DNA of 64,000 bases from positions 5,487 to 69,486 of the forward strand of contig CANKGV010000004.1 in the NCBI GenBank assembly GCA_947481575.1, written 5' to 3'. The position numbers were made by a program, and so were the translations under genes. Of the stretch, positions 19,336 through 29,633 are shown piece after piece. Within the stretch, counting starts at the first letter, position 1; each line of letters begins with the position of its first letter. The notes beneath the pieces are model-generated. The model was not told where the DNA came from and ran no database searches. It was given only the letters and a program-made list of their open reading frames with translations. The DNA is from Alphaproteobacteria bacterium (GTDB lineage: Bacteria; Pseudomonadota; Alphaproteobacteria; UBA2966; CAIVPW01).

Positions 19336-19581
19336 CTACTCGTCGATCTTGGTGACGAGGTTGCCTTTCTCGCCGGCCGAATACGTGAACTGACCTTTCT
19401 TGCCCGCGTACACGGTTTGAATCCGTACCGCGGGATCAAGGACGTAGGTCACGCCGTTGGTCAGGACCAACGTGCGTTTGTCGGGATCGAACGACTTGAT
19501 CTCGCCGGCGACCGTTTCCGCGGCGGCCGTGCCGGCCCAAAACAGAACTACCAAGACCACAACTGCTCGTGAGAGCTGCAT
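19336..19581 (-). CDS. Small exported beta protein (DUF1344-like)
   Basis: AGGAGG RBS; signal peptide; GEIKSFDP..RTLVL.NG.TY.L. Confidence 0.7.
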   Translation of the reverse strand: MQLSRAVVVLVVLFWAGTAAAETVAGEIKSFDPDKRTLVLTNGVTYVLDPAVRIQTVYAGKKGQFTYSAGEKGNLVTKIDE

Positions 19582-19696
19582 TGCGTGCCTCCTGTCTGCA
19601 GGGGCGGAGCATGAGGCTCCGTGCCGTCCACCGGGGTAGAGGCGCGCGGCACCGCTTTCAATCGATGCCCGGCATTGGGATTCGCAAAGGGCTGGT

Positions 19697-20092
19697 TCAG
19701 AACCGGGCGGCGACCATGTATCCGGCGGAAGCGGCGATGGCCGACAGGACCATGCCCCAAGCCACGTCGATCAACGTGAGCTGCAGGGTCCAGTTGCGCA
19801 GGGTGGCGTAGTTGCTGAGGTCGTAGGTGGCGTAGGCGAACATGCCGAACAGGGCGCCATAGACGGCGGCCGCCGCCGGCGAACCAAGACGCAGCGCGGG
19901 AACCACGGCGAACAGCACAACGCCGGCTGGGTACAGCAGGTAGAACACGATGGCCGGGGGCAGGTTCACGCCGGGGATCAGGATGTCGCCCAGGGTCGGC
20001 CGGTAGATCCGCTTGGCCATCGTACCGAGCCAAACGGCGTCGGCGGCAAGCGAGGCGACCAGGGCTGCGGCGTAACCGGCAAGATAGTTCAC
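19697..20092 (-). CDS. DUF2177 family membrane protein
   Basis: D.VWLG, FYLLY, GALFG..AYATYDLSNYATL..W.....ID..WG. Confidence 0.88.
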   Translation of the reverse strand: MNYLAGYAAALVASLAADAVWLGTMAKRIYRPTLGDILIPGVNLPPAIVFYLLYPAGVVLFAVVPALRLGSPAAAAVYGALFGMFAYATYDLSNYATLRNWTLQLTLIDVAWGMVLSAIAASAGYMVAARF

Positions 20093-20164
20093 GGGGGCCT
20101 CGTTCTGCCGACCGGCGGCGCGATGGGAGTAGTGAACCTTAAACGGGCGGAGTGCCGGTTTGGA

Positions 20165-21322
20165 TCACCCGGCGCGCGAGCGCCACTCGGTCAGGCGCTG
20201 GATCGCCTCCGCGACGCCGTCTTCGGCACCGGCGAAGGCGAAGCGCAAGTATTGCGATCCACGGTGCGGGTCGAAGTCGATGCCGGGGGTGGTGGCGACG
20301 CCTGCTTCTTCCAGCATCGCGCGGCAGAACGCGGCGCTGTCGGACGTGAGATTGGTCACGTCGGCATACACGTAAAACGCGCCGTCGGCGGGGGCGAGTT
20401 CCCCAAATCCCAAAGCGGGCAGCGCGGCCAGCAGACGCGCGCGGTTGCGGGCGTAGCCGGCGACCTTGGCGTCCAGGAAGCCGCGGGCGTCGAACGCGGC
20501 GAGGGCGGCGTACTGGGCCAGGGACGGCGCGGCGATGAACAGGTTCTGCGCCAGGCGTTCGACCGGGCGCACGAGGTCCGGCGGCAGCACCATCCAGCCG
20601 ATGCGCCAGCCGGTCATGGCGAAGTACTTGGAAAAGCTGTTTACGACGATGGCGCGGTCCGACAGCGCGGCGGCGCTGACCGCGGGCGCGCCGTAGGCGA
20701 TGCCGTGGTAGACCTCGTCGGACACGAGGCGCACGCCGGCGCGCTCGCACCACGCGACCAGACCGGCGAGGCCCGCACGCGCGATCATGGTGCCGGTTGG
20801 GTTGGCGGGGCTCGCCACCAGCAGGCCGGCGAGGGGCGTTGCGGCATGGACCGCATCGAGCAAGTCCGGCGCCGGCTGGAAGCGCGTGGCGGGGCCGGTG
20901 GCGATGCCGATCGGGCGGAAGCCGAGGGCGGCGGCGATGTTGCGGTAGGCCGGGTAGCCGGGCTCGGCGAGACCCAGTGCCGCGCCATCGCCGAAGGCGG
21001 CGAGGAATGCCAACAGGAACCCGCCGGACGATCCAGTGGTCACGACGACCCGGTCCGGGTCGATGCTGATGTTGTTGGTTTCCCAGTAGCTTGCGGCAAT
21101 CTTCTCGCGTAACGGTCGAATCCCCAGCGCCTCGGTGTAGCCGAGCGGGCGGTCGCGCAAGGCCTTGGCCGCAGCCTCCAGAACCTGGGGCGGCGGACCG
21201 CCGCCGGGCTCGCCCAGCTCCATGTGAATGATGCGCGCGCCGGCCGCTTCGCGGCGGTTGGCGGCCTTCAGAACTTCCATGGCGTAGAAGGGCGCGATGG
21301 CGTCGCCCCGGGGCTTGGTCAT
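20165..21322 (-). CDS. PLP-dependent aminotransferase class I/II
   Basis: PFYAM, ASPANPTG, SDEVYHG, NSFSKYFAMTGWRIGW. Confidence 0.93.
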   Translation of the reverse strand: MTKPRGDAIAPFYAMEVLKAANRREAAGARIIHMELGEPGGGPPPQVLEAAAKALRDRPLGYTEALGIRPLREKIAASYWETNNISIDPDRVVVTTGSSGGFLLAFLAAFGDGAALGLAEPGYPAYRNIAAALGFRPIGIATGPATRFQPAPDLLDAVHAATPLAGLLVASPANPTGTMIARAGLAGLVAWCERAGVRLVSDEVYHGIAYGAPAVSAAALSDRAIVVNSFSKYFAMTGWRIGWMVLPPDLVRPVERLAQNLFIAAPSLAQYAALAAFDARGFLDAKVAGYARNRARLLAALPALGFGELAPADGAFYVYADVTNLTSDSAAFCRAMLEEAGVATTPGIDFDPHRGSQYLRFAFAGAEDGVAEAIQRLTEWRSRAG

Positions 21323-21331
21323 GCCGGGTTC

Positions 21332-22384
21332 TTAGCCGCCAGGCGGCGAACTGACAAATGCGCATTGGCGTGGTGCGACGCGGCCCAACGGCACGCAAGT
21401 CATGGAGGCCGCACCGGCGGTTACGGTCACCGCGGAGGGATCGGCGGGGCCTACCTGCACTATGATTGCGGTCGTGCCGGTGGCAGGTGCGCCGAACACA
21501 ATGCCGGTGTTGCGTCCGGCACGGCCTGCCCCGAACGGCTTGCCCATCGTCAGCAGGCAGGCGACGACGCGGCCGCCCGAGTCCGCCACGATGAAGCCTG
21601 TGGCACCGTCCGGCGTTGTGTCAACCGGCACCAGGGTCGTCCCGGGCGCGGGGCGCGGCTCATCCCACCGCGGGGCGACGCGGGCGAGGTCCGCTGCTGT
21701 GAAGGCGCCAGCCGCATCGCGCAGCAGCGCGGTGGCGGCCGTGCCTGTGTAGAGATCGGCCGCGCCGCCCGCGCGCACCTGGGCCAGCACTTCGGCGAGC
21801 GCAGCTTGGCGGACCGTGGCGCCGGCCGTCGCGGAGAACGTGCCGTGCAGGGCCGGGTCGGCGGCGATCACGCTGCGGCCGGCGGCAAATGCGGCGGCCG
21901 CCGGAGCCGAGACTGCGACGCCGCGGCGCGCCAAACCTTCGGCCTGGACCACCACATCGGCCCACGCCGTGACCCCAAAGCGCTCGTGCAATGCGGCCAG
22001 ACCCCGGGCGAGGGCGGGGATGGCGAGTTCGCCCGCGGGTGGCGCGGGAAAGTGGAGCGCTTGGACCGTGGCGGCGGCCGGGTCGTAGACAACACAGGCG
22101 CCGCCGGCGCCCAGGGAGGCAAATCCGGGATAGGTGACGGACAGCGCCAGTCCGAGCGCCGCGGCGGCATCCGCGGCGGTGCCGCCACTCGTGAGGGTAG
22201 TGCGGGCAACCCCCGCCGCAACGGGCTCCGCCGCCGCGACGCCGGTCGATGCGAGCGACGGTGCTGGGTCCGGCGCGATGTCGATGCGCGGCGGTGCGCC
22301 GGAACACCCGGCAGTCGCGATGGCCGTGGTGAATGCTGTGACGCGCCAAATCGTGCGCCATTCGCGCCACAATTGGGGTGCCAA
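21332..22384 (-). CDS. Shortened gamma-glutamyltransferase-like lipoprotein (probable pseudoenzyme); start uncertain
   Basis: GGTAADAA.A..LALSVTYP..ASLGAGG, IP.L.RGL..LH.RFG, ATGFIVAD..G..VAC..TM..PFG.G; TAGC lipobox-like. Confidence 0.75.
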   Translation of the reverse strand: MAPQLWREWRTIWRVTAFTTAIATAGCSGAPPRIDIAPDPAPSLASTGVAAAEPVAAGVARTTLTSGGTAADAAAALGLALSVTYPGFASLGAGGACVVYDPAAATVQALHFPAPPAGELAIPALARGLAALHERFGVTAWADVVVQAEGLARRGVAVSAPAAAAFAAGRSVIAADPALHGTFSATAGATVRQAALAEVLAQVRAGGAADLYTGTAATALLRDAAGAFTAADLARVAPRWDEPRPAPGTTLVPVDTTPDGATGFIVADSGGRVVACLLTMGKPFGAGRAGRNTGIVFGAPATGTTAIIVQVGPADPSAVTVTAGAASMTCVPLGRVAPRQCAFVSSPPGG

Positions 22385-22497
22385 CTGCGGCAAGGGCCGA
22401 TAGGGTCGGCCGCTAGGTGGCCGGCCCGGGTTGGGACTGCTGACGGTTTGACCGGCGGCCGGCCGAACCCTAGGTTTTGCAGCGTCAGGAGTCACCG

Positions 22498-23832
22498 GTG
22501 ACCCGATTCCTCAGTTCCGCAATCGCCGCCAGCGCCATGGTGGCGTCTGTTCTGGCTCTGCCGGACAGCGCCGCGGCGCAACAGTTCATCCGCGACGCGG
22601 AGATTGAACACTACGTCCGCGGCTGGGTGACGCCAATCTTTGTTGCTGCGAAGCTCGATCCGTATTCGGTCGAGATCAACCTGATTCAAAGCGACCAGAT
22701 CAACGCGTTCGTCGCCAACGGCCAGCGCGTATTCCTGTACACCGGTGTCCTCCAGGCGGCCCACGATCCGCTGGAGATTCTAGGCGTCGTGGCACATGAA
22801 ACCGGCCATATCGAGGGCGGACACCTGGCGCGCACGCAGCAGGCCCTGAAGGATGCCAACCGGCAGGCGATCCTGGCGTTCTTGTTGAGTGTGGCGGCGG
22901 CGTCGGCCGCCGGCAACGGCGCCGCGGTGGGGCCGGCGATCCTCGGCGGTCAGGACATGGTGGGGCGTGCGTTTCTGGCCTACACGCGCCAGCAAGAGCA
23001 GGCAGCGGACCAGGCCGGTGTAACCCTGCTGATTGCGGCCGGGTATTCGCCGCGCGGATTGCTCTCGTTCATGGAGACGATGGCGCAGGACCCGCTCCAG
23101 ATTACCGGGCCGGACCCATACCTGCAGACCCATCCACTATTCCCGGAACGCGTCCAGGCGCTACGCCAGCGGGTGCAGGGGGCGGCAACACTGAATACGC
23201 CGGTTTCGGCTAAGATCAAGGTGGAATTCGGTAGGTTGCAGGCTAAGTTAGAAGGGTTTCTTGATCCTGTACCGAAGGTTTTGGCACACTATCCGGCGAG
23301 TGACACGAGTGTCGGCGCGCGCTACGCGAGGGCGGTGGCCTATCACCGTTCTGGTATGCTGGTGCAGTCGCTAAGCGAGGTTGATGCGTTGCTCGGAATT
23401 AGTCCCGACGACCCGTACTACCTGGAACTGAAAGGTCAGGTCCTGCTGGAGAACGGCAGGGTCGCCGACGCGATTGCGCCGTATGCGCGCGCCGTGAAGG
23501 TGGCGCCGGACGAGCCGCTGATCCGGGTCGGGCTGGCGAGCGCCCTGATCGCGACCGACGATCCCGCCATGATGCGCGATGCGGTGACGCAACTGACCAC
23601 GTCGTTCAACCTCGACAACCGCAACTCGGAAGCGTGGCGGCTGTTGGCAGTGGCCTATGGCCGCACCGGCGACCTGGGGCAGTCGGCGCTGGCCAGTTCC
23701 GAACAGGCGTTGCTGGACGGCTCGAAGGAAGAGGCGCAGCGATTTGCCGACCTGGCATCGCGGCGTCTGCCCAAGGGTTCGCCCGGCTATCTGCGGGCCC
23801 AGGACATCATCAACTTTGTGAAGAAGAAATGA
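22498..23832 (+). CDS. bepA: M48 metalloprotease with TPRs (BepA/YfgC-like)
   Basis: AGGAG RBS and GTG start; signal peptide; INAF, HETGH (HExxH), E..AD, YLQTHP. Confidence 0.88.
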   Translation: MTRFLSSAIAASAMVASVLALPDSAAAQQFIRDAEIEHYVRGWVTPIFVAAKLDPYSVEINLIQSDQINAFVANGQRVFLYTGVLQAAHDPLEILGVVAHETGHIEGGHLARTQQALKDANRQAILAFLLSVAAASAAGNGAAVGPAILGGQDMVGRAFLAYTRQQEQAADQAGVTLLIAAGYSPRGLLSFMETMAQDPLQITGPDPYLQTHPLFPERVQALRQRVQGAATLNTPVSAKIKVEFGRLQAKLEGFLDPVPKVLAHYPASDTSVGARYARAVAYHRSGMLVQSLSEVDALLGISPDDPYYLELKGQVLLENGRVADAIAPYARAVKVAPDEPLIRVGLASALIATDDPAMMRDAVTQLTTSFNLDNRNSEAWRLLAVAYGRTGDLGQSALASSEQALLDGSKEEAQRFADLASRRLPKGSPGYLRAQDIINFVKKK

Positions 23833-24581
23833 GCGGCCGCTGGTTTGCCCGCATCGTGACCCTGGGGCTGGCGCTGACGCTCGCGGCGGCGCTCGTGCAG
23901 TTCGGGCCGGGGTGGCTTGATGGGCGGATCGGCGCCTATGTCGGCGCCCCCCCGGAATTGGTGGCGAACGCGCTGGACCAGTTGCGGCAGCAGGACCAAG
24001 CGGCGGCGGCCAAGCGCAAATCCGATCTGCTGACCCAGAATGCCGGCGCGCTGCTGCAGGATCCCCACTCGGCGGTGGCGGGCAATCCGCAGGGTGACGT
24101 CACCCTGGTGGAGTTTTTCGACTACAAGTGCCCGTATTGCCGCCAGTTCCATCCGCAAGTACCGGCACTGTTGGCAGCCGATCCCGGTTTGCGCCTGGTG
24201 CTCAAGGAGTTCCCGGTGCTGGGGCCGGAATCGACTGTGGCGGCGCGGGCGGCGGTGGCGGCGCAGCTGCACTACCCGGCCCGCTACCTGGCATTCCACA
24301 ACGCGCTGATGACGACGCCCGGGCGGCTGGACGTGAAGACCGTGCTGCAGGTGGCGGCGGACGCCGGCATCAATGCCGAGTTCCTATCGATCGACATGAT
24401 GGATCCGGAGGTCGACCGCGTACTGGCAGCCAACCACGCTCTGGCCGATATGCTGGGCATTGAGGGCACGCCGGGGTTCATCATCGGCACCGCGGTGATT
24501 CCGGGATACATCGATTCGGCCGAGGTGTTGCGGCTGGCGGCAGCGGTGCGCAAACCATCCGCAGAGCCGGTCACCCAGTGA
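23829..24581 (+). CDS. DsbA/ScsC-like thiol:disulfide oxidoreductase
   Basis: GNP.GDVTLVEFFDYKCPYC, KEFPVLG, GIEGTP. Confidence 0.92.
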   Translation: MSGRWFARIVTLGLALTLAAALVQFGPGWLDGRIGAYVGAPPELVANALDQLRQQDQAAAAKRKSDLLTQNAGALLQDPHSAVAGNPQGDVTLVEFFDYKCPYCRQFHPQVPALLAADPGLRLVLKEFPVLGPESTVAARAAVAAQLHYPARYLAFHNALMTTPGRLDVKTVLQVAADAGINAEFLSIDMMDPEVDRVLAANHALADMLGIEGTPGFIIGTAVIPGYIDSAEVLRLAAAVRKPSAEPVTQ

Positions 24582-24685
24582 CGTTCACTACGCCGCACGA
24601 TTGCGCGAGCCTTGGCGCCCGGTGCGGCACCCGGGTGTATAGTCGGCGCAGCGGGCGCTGCGGCGCCAACGGGGACTAGTCGTTC

Positions 24686-25162
24686 ATGATGCTGGGGCGG
24701 AAATTGCTGATCGGCGGCGTTCTGGCGGGTTCGCTGGCAGGGGCGGCCCTCGGGCTCTATGCCCACGCCCAACCGGATGCAAACCTACTGACCACCGCGC
24801 TCAACCAAGCGGTCGGGCGCACGGTGGCCCAAGCAGTCGGCGGCAAGTGGTACGAGTACGACCAGGCGTTCTTCCGCGAAGATCTGACCGCCGGCCATCC
24901 AGTACTGGTGGCGGTGCATGCCGAGTGGTGCACGACCTGCGCCGCGCAGGCGCCGTCGATGGCGGTGCTGTTGCAGGAGCCGGAGTTTAAGGATGCGATC
25001 GGCTATGTGGTGGACTTCGACCACGAGCGCAAGTTTCTGACCACCTACAAGGTGCGCCAGCAGTCGACCATCATTGTGTTCAAGGACGGCGTGGAAGTCG
25101 CCCGTTCGGTCGCCGAGACCGATCGCAAGGCGCTGCGCCAGTTGTTCGAGCGGGCGCTCTAG
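24686..25162 (+). CDS. Exported thioredoxin-family protein
   Basis: N-terminal hydrophobic segment; HAEWCTTC, VRQQSTII.FK.G.E..R. Confidence 0.85.
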   Translation: MMLGRKLLIGGVLAGSLAGAALGLYAHAQPDANLLTTALNQAVGRTVAQAVGGKWYEYDQAFFREDLTAGHPVLVAVHAEWCTTCAAQAPSMAVLLQEPEFKDAIGYVVDFDHERKFLTTYKVRQQSTIIVFKDGVEVARSVAETDRKALRQLFERAL

Positions 25163-25222
25163 CCCGGCTCTGACGAGTCCCCCCGCCCCGTGTGGGACGA
25201 GGGGACGCCACAAAATTCCGAG

Positions 25223-27868
25223 CTAACCCCGGCCGAAGTTCCACCAACCGCGGCGGCGCGGCTTGCCGTCTTCGCTGGCCTCAGGCGGCGGCGCCTGCGT
25301 CGGCGCTGCGGGTGCCGGTGAGGCCGGCTGCGGCGGTACGGCTACGCGCACTTCGACGGGTGGTGCGGGCGGTCGTGCGGGCGGTTCGCTCCAGCGAAGT
25401 TCCGGCGCCGGTGCGGCCGCCGGCTGTGCCGGTGCGGGCTCGCCGTAGTTCGCCGAGACGGAAGCGCCCACGTCGGGTGTGCCGGACGGCGGTGCGCCTT
25501 CGCCATGCTGATCCGGGCGGCCATCAGGACGGCCGCGGCCGCGGCGGCGGCGGCGGCGGCGCGGCTCGCTGCCCTCTTGGGCGCGCGCTGCGTCGGTGCC
25601 AGGTGTGGAACCGGCTTCGGATTCCCCGTCATCGCCCTCGTCCGGCGAATTGGACTCGCCGGGCTGCGGGAAATCGCGGCCGATCACGGGCTGCGGTGCG
25701 CCGAGGGCGGCTACACCGTCTGCCGGAGCGGCGCCTTCGGTTCCCGGCAACGCACCTTCTTCGCGCTGACGGCGGCGTCGCCCGCCACGCTTGCCACGGC
25801 GGCGCCGCTTGCGAGGACCGTCGGCGCTGTCGTCGGTGCCGGGACGAGGCTGCCCGGTCTGGCTATCGGTGCTGCGTTCGGAGCCGGACTCGGACTCGCC
25901 GTCTTCGTCCTGATCATCGTCGTGCTCTGGCTCGACGCGTGCCGTGCGCACTTCGGCGCGGGCTTCCGTACGCTGAGGCTCTTCGGACTCTTCCGCCACA
26001 GGCTGGGCGGACGGCTCGCGCTCTTCTACCGACGGCGCCATTTCGGCGGTCGCGGTGACGGTGAGCGGCACCACCGGCATCGGCTTTACTTCGCGCGAGA
26101 CGCGATGGGCCGGCGGCACCAAATGGGCGTCCGGGCTGATGACGATGCTGAGGCCGAAGCGCTGTTCGAGATCGACGATCGCTGCGCGCTTCTGGTTGAG
26201 CAGGTAGATCGCCACCGACGCGGCGACATCGACCCGCAGTAGGGCGGGACCCTTGATGCCTTCGTCTTCCAGCACGCGCAGCATGTGCAGCGCGGCGGAT
26301 TCGGTGGAACGCACCAAACCGGTGCCGCCGCAATGGACGCAGCGCTCGGTGCTGGTTTCGATCAGGCTCGGGCGCAGGCGCTGGCGGGAAAGCTCGAGCA
26401 ATCCGAACGCGCTGATGCGGCCGACCTGGATGCGGGCGCGGTCGCCCTTCAGGCATTCCTTGATCTTGCGCTCGACCGAACGGTTGTTGCGCGATTCCTC
26501 CATGTCGATGAAGTCGATCACGATCAGCCCGGCGAGATCGCGCAGGCGAAGCTGACGGGCGACTTCCTCGGCGGCCTCGAGGTTGGTCTTGTGGGCGGTT
26601 TCCTCGATGTTGCGCTCTTTGGTGGCGCGGCCCGAGTTCACGTCGATGGCGACGAGCGCTTCGGTCGAGTTGATGACGATGTAGCCGCCGGAGCGTAGGT
26701 GCACCGTGGGCGAGTGCATCAGATCGAGCTGCGTTTCCACCTGGTAGCGGTGGAACAGCGGGATGCGGTCCTCGTAGGGCTGCACCTTCTTGGCGTGGCT
26801 CGGCATGAGCATCTTCATGATGCCCTTGGCCTGCTTGTAGGCCTCCGCGCCCTCGATCAGCACTTCTTCGATGTCGTTCGAATACAGGTCGCGGATCGCG
26901 CGCTTGATCAGGCTCGCCTCTTCGTAGACCAACGCCGGAGCCGTAGATTGCAGCGTGATCTCGCGCACGTTGTCCCACAACCGCAGCAGGTACTCGTAGT
27001 CGCGGCGGATATCGACCTTGGTGCGTTCCTGGCCCGCGGTGCGGACGATCAGGCCCATGCCTTCCGGCGTTTCCAGCGAGTCGATGATTTCGCGCAGGCG
27101 CTTGCGGTCGGAGCCGGTCGTGATCTTGCGCGACACGCCTCCGCCACGGGCGGTGTTCGGCATCAGCACGCAATAGCGGCCGGCCAGTGACAGATAGGTG
27201 GTGAGCGCCGCGCCCTTGGTGCCGCGTTCTTCCTTGACCACCTGCACCAGCAGAACCTGGCGGCGCTTGATGACTTCCTGAATCTTGTAGCGGCGCGATT
27301 GGCGGCGCGGCGAGAACTCCTCGACGTCGTCGCCACCCACGGACTCCGGGGCCTCCAGCGGCTCGTGCGGTTCGCCGTGGTGGTCGTCGGCTTCCTTTGC
27401 GGGCTCGGCAGCGGGGGCGCCTTCGGCGCCCGGCTCGGCATGCGCTTCGTGGCCGGACTCCGGACCGTGGTCCGAGTCTTCGGCGCGGGCGGCGCGAGCG
27501 GCGCGCACGCTGTTCTGCGATGCGGCCTGGGCGTGGTGGTGATCGTCGTCGCCGTCTTCCGCCCGGCCGCGGGCGGCTTCTTCGGCCGCGCGTTCGGCGA
27601 GCAGCGCCCGGCGATCCTCGTAGGGGATCTGGTAGTAGTCCGGGTGAATATCGCCGAACGCCAGGAAGCCGTGACGGTTCCCGCCGTATTCGACGAAGGC
27701 GGCCTGCAACGAGGGCTCAACCCTCGTTACCTTGGCCAGGTAGATATTGCCTTTGAGCTGTTTGCGGGACGCGGACTCGAAATCAAATTCTTCGAGGCGG
27801 GTTCCGTTGACGACGACGACCCGGGTTTCTTCTGGGTGGGAAGCGTCGATAAGCAACCGCGTTGCCAT
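25223..27868 (-). CDS. rne: Ribonuclease E
   Basis: LIDASHPEETRV, S1 GNIYLAKVTRVEPSLQAAFV, IDVNSG, RLRDLAGLIVIDFIDM, CxxC zinc link, disordered C-terminus ending RRGWW. Confidence 0.97.
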   Translation of the reverse strand: MATRLLIDASHPEETRVVVVNGTRLEEFDFESASRKQLKGNIYLAKVTRVEPSLQAAFVEYGGNRHGFLAFGDIHPDYYQIPYEDRRALLAERAAEEAARGRAEDGDDDHHHAQAASQNSVRAARAARAEDSDHGPESGHEAHAEPGAEGAPAAEPAKEADDHHGEPHEPLEAPESVGGDDVEEFSPRRQSRRYKIQEVIKRRQVLLVQVVKEERGTKGAALTTYLSLAGRYCVLMPNTARGGGVSRKITTGSDRKRLREIIDSLETPEGMGLIVRTAGQERTKVDIRRDYEYLLRLWDNVREITLQSTAPALVYEEASLIKRAIRDLYSNDIEEVLIEGAEAYKQAKGIMKMLMPSHAKKVQPYEDRIPLFHRYQVETQLDLMHSPTVHLRSGGYIVINSTEALVAIDVNSGRATKERNIEETAHKTNLEAAEEVARQLRLRDLAGLIVIDFIDMEESRNNRSVERKIKECLKGDRARIQVGRISAFGLLELSRQRLRPSLIETSTERCVHCGGTGLVRSTESAALHMLRVLEDEGIKGPALLRVDVAASVAIYLLNQKRAAIVDLEQRFGLSIVISPDAHLVPPAHRVSREVKPMPVVPLTVTATAEMAPSVEEREPSAQPVAEESEEPQRTEARAEVRTARVEPEHDDDQDEDGESESGSERSTDSQTGQPRPGTDDSADGPRKRRRRGKRGGRRRRQREEGALPGTEGAAPADGVAALGAPQPVIGRDFPQPGESNSPDEGDDGESEAGSTPGTDAARAQEGSEPRRRRRRRGRGRPDGRPDQHGEGAPPSGTPDVGASVSANYGEPAPAQPAAAPAPELRWSEPPARPPAPPVEVRVAVPPQPASPAPAAPTQAPPPEASEDGKPRRRGWWNFGRG

Positions 27869-28276
27869 TCGGCGACATACTCCGTAGCGGGCCGCGCACT
27901 TGCGAACAGAAGCGCGCGGAACCGCCTTGGTCTGTGCGAAACCGGTGGCGCCCAATTCCTGCCGCGCGAGCGGTCTGGGAGGCTGCCTCCGGCCCCTGAG
28001 ATTATCCCAAGGACCGGGCCGGCTTCGGGTTCCTAATTGCTCCGCGTTGCCTTGAGCGCCAGCGGCGACGGTCCGTATTCACAGCGTTGCCGCCGCCATC
28101 GGAACTGCCGCCACCGCGCCGTTGCGCACCCGGAACAAAACGGGATCGCAAGCCAGCTACGGAGGTTCGCAAGGGTGATAGTAGTGCCGCCGCCCCCATT
28201 TCCCAAACGAAATGTTGTTGCTTGGGCGAAACCCGCGGACTGCTTGCCGTTGCGGCTCGAGTCCAGCGCGCTGTAT

Positions 28277-29524
28277 ATGTGGTGGGGCGAGCGGGGCTGG
28301 ACCACCATAGGTCGAGGGGCGAACGCTCAACCGGATTCGAGGATCGTGGCCGCCGCTTCCCGACTGGTCACGCTACTGCTGGGGTTGCTGCTGACGGCCA
28401 GTGTTGCGGCCGGCGCCGGTACTACGCCCACTGTTACCGGTGTCCGCATCGGGGACCAGGGAGGTGCGACCCGGTTTGTCCTCGACCTCACCGCCGACGT
28501 TAAGTTCTCGGTATTCGCGCTCGACCAGCCATACCGCTTGGTTATCGACCTGCCGCCGGTCGATTGGCAGATCACCAAGGCCGACGAAGGACGCAAGTTC
28601 GGCGTAATCCAGCAGTTCCGGTACGGCCGGTACGACGAAAAGACTTCGCGCCTGGTGCTGGACCTGTCCGGGCCGGTGGAGATCGCCAAGACGTTCGTGT
28701 TGCCGCCGGACGGGCCGTTCAAGTACCGCCTGGTCGTGGACGTGAAACCGATACGCGCAGAAGCATTCGTGCGCACGCCGCCGCCGGCGGTCGCGTTTGC
28801 TGCGCCGTCAGCACTGAAGACCGTACCGTCAAAGCCCGCAGGCAAGCCGGTGATCGTGCTCGACCCGGGTCACGGGGGCGTTGATCCCGGCACCATCGGT
28901 CTGAGCGGCGTCAAGGAGAAGGACATCACCCTGGCCGTGGCGCGCGAACTGCGCACGGCGCTGGAAGCCACCGGCAAGTACACCGTGATCCTGACACGCG
29001 ATGGCGACACGTTCGTGGCGCTGAATCAGCGCGTAGCGAAGTCGGAGGCGGCGGCGGCATCGCTGTTCATCTCGCTTCACGCGGACTCGATCGCGACGTC
29101 CCAGATCACGGGTGCCAGTGTCTATACCCTGTCGAAGACGGCATCGGACGCCGCGGCGGATGCACTGGCGGCGCGCGAGAACCGGGCGGACGCGGCCGGT
29201 GGCCTGCCGATCGGCGACCAGCCGACGGACGTAGCGGCGATCCTGATCAGCCTACTGCAGGGCGAGACGATGAAGTTCTCGGCGTCGTTTGCCAGCTTGC
29301 TGGTGCCGGAGTTAAGCAAGTCGTGGCACGTGCTGCCGACGGCGCACCGCTTTGCCGGATTTGCGGTGCTGAAGGCCCCCGAAGTGCCGTCGGTGTTGAT
29401 CGAGCTGGGGTATTTGTCCAACTCGACGGACGAGCGGGCACTGACCCGGGCCGATGGCCGCAAGCCGGTGATCGACGCTATCGCACGGGCGGTGAAGCAG
29501 TTTTTCGACCAGCACCCGGTGTAG
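28277..29524 (+). CDS. amiC: N-acetylmuramoyl-L-alanine amidase with AMIN domain; start uncertain
   Basis: TRFVLDL/PYRLVIDL AMIN domain; DPGHGG.DPG, EKDITL, SLHAD, VLIELGYLSN. Confidence 0.92.
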   Translation: MWWGERGWTTIGRGANAQPDSRIVAAASRLVTLLLGLLLTASVAAGAGTTPTVTGVRIGDQGGATRFVLDLTADVKFSVFALDQPYRLVIDLPPVDWQITKADEGRKFGVIQQFRYGRYDEKTSRLVLDLSGPVEIAKTFVLPPDGPFKYRLVVDVKPIRAEAFVRTPPPAVAFAAPSALKTVPSKPAGKPVIVLDPGHGGVDPGTIGLSGVKEKDITLAVARELRTALEATGKYTVILTRDGDTFVALNQRVAKSEAAAASLFISLHADSIATSQITGASVYTLSKTASDAAADALAARENRADAAGGLPIGDQPTDVAAILISLLQGETMKFSASFASLLVPELSKSWHVLPTAHRFAGFAVLKAPEVPSVLIELGYLSNSTDERALTRADGRKPVIDAIARAVKQFFDQHPV

Positions 29525-29633
29525 GGCCGGGCGGCCGGGTCACATTTCAGTCATATTGTTGCGCAAGGTTGCCGGCGGGCTCGGGGGACGAGTCCCCCCC
29601 TAGACGGCCGCGTTGGCCACGCACCTGGGACAC

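Noticed and set aside
25170..25215. Hammerhead-ribozyme-like CTGACGA-GTCCCC...GGGGAC between the thioredoxin gene and rne
   Set aside because: The invariant GAAA after stem II is absent (GAGG or GCCA follow) and stems I and III are not evident; more likely a hairpin between convergent genes
27869..28276. Hairpin-rich rne/amiC intergenic region as a riboswitch or sRNA
   Set aside because: No recognisable family motif; adequately explained by divergent promoters and an rne leader; would need Infernal and RNA-seq
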